Below, piece after piece: positions 62,905 to 64,000 of a stretch of 64,000 nucleotides of DNA (position 1 is the stretch's first letter; each line of letters begins with the position of its first letter). The position numbers and the translations under genes are program-made. The notes below the pieces were generated by a model. The model was not told the DNA's origin. It saw only the letters and a program-made list of their open reading frames with translations, and did not search any database. Source of the DNA: the human T2T-CHM13v2.0 reference genome, Homo sapiens; NCBI RefSeq assembly GCF_009914755.1, contig NC_060925.1; one strand, 5' to 3'.

Positions 62905-64000
62905 TCAAGCATATACTCTCCCCCAACTACTGTGCAGGAAGGTTGGTGTTATTTCTCTCCATTTTCACAGATGGAGAAGCTGAAGCTCAGAGAGGTGAAG
63001 CCACTTCCCCTAGCGAATGGGGGATGGAGCTGGAATTTAAAGTACATGCCCTAGAGGAAGTAGGGATCCTGCAGTGGGGTGGAGGGCAGAGGCTGCCTGG
63101 GGGTCAGGAAGTCCTGGGGTAGAAGCCCGGTAAAGCTGGAGTGCTGGGTGCGGCCGTGGCTGCCCAGTGGCGGCTGTTGCTTGTGATCAGGCTAGTCCAG
63201 CGGTGCCCTTCTGTCTTCCCCTAGGCTCATATGATAGCCATGCAGCAGTCCCTGACAAACCCCCTTCCAGAACCCTCTCTGCCTCAGTCTCCCCATGTGT
63301 AGGTGTCCATTTCACTCAGGATTGCTCATGTGGGTGCAGAACCAGAGCGGCCTCTGAAGGCCAGGGTGCTCTGGCTTGCACCTGGGACCCCATCCCAGGG
63401 CCCTTGGCTCTCCAGTTCCTGGCTGGCCACAGTCCTGTCCCCCGAAGGCAACTCCACCTAAAAAGCCACTGCTGAGGCCGTAAGGGGCAGGGGAAGGGAG
63501 GGGCTCCAGGATGGGGACAGAGAAGGAAACTGGAGGCTCTGGGCACTGCCTGTCCATCCATCCCCAGACCTGAAGGGGTAGAAGAGGGACAGGAATGACA
63601 AAGCCACGTCCTGCCGGGCGTCTTGCATAATCTAATTTAATCCTCACAGTTCCCCAAAGAGGCAGATGTTCAGAAACCTCCTGCTTTCCACACGAAGCTC
63701 AGAAAGGTGCGTTAACTTGCCCAAGCTCACACAGGCAATGAGGCAGGCCAGGCATTTGGACACAGGTTTGTTGACTTCAGAGCCCAAGATCTGAACTTTA
63801 TAACATGTACGTCCAATCCTGTGGACCTCCCCACAGAGCCTTACGACTTCCAGCTCAGGAACACGATCCAGCACCTCAAGTCAAGTCGGAAAGGTAATAG
63901 TAACAACAGCAACGGCCGACACAGCTGATACAGAGCTTACTATGTGCAGGCTCTGCTCTACTTTATTGTATTAACTCATTTAATTTGCATTTTTCAAAGG

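Overview
This is primate DNA, almost certainly human chr1p36.12, containing two convergent protein-coding genes. On the + strand is the 3' half of ALPL (tissue-nonspecific alkaline phosphatase): exons 7-12, stop at 11561, AATAAA at 12296. It carries the His263/c.876G variant haplotype. On the - strand is nearly all of RAP1GAP: 21 canonical coding exons that sum exactly to 1992 nt (663 aa), an upstream 94-nt exon, the CpG-island first exon of Rap1GAPII, a 78-nt cassette exon and a non-coding last exon. An Alu/L1/LTR/MER53-rich spacer of about 18 kb separates the two genes. I see no new gene family. The strongest candidate for an under-described system is a splicing module in the RAP1GAP intron at 36.8-40 kb: a tandem-duplicated PKA-site exon preceded by a 606-nt AG-free pyrimidine zone with a candidate distant branch point, a YCAY array and RBFOX motifs. 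Other notable items are a stop-free ALPL exon-12 frame that runs past the polyA signal, an alternative frame open across the last three RAP1GAP exons, and unexplained 42-bp and 48-bp direct repeats. Exon numbers follow my recollection of RefSeq numbering, repeat boundaries are approximate, and no databases were queried.
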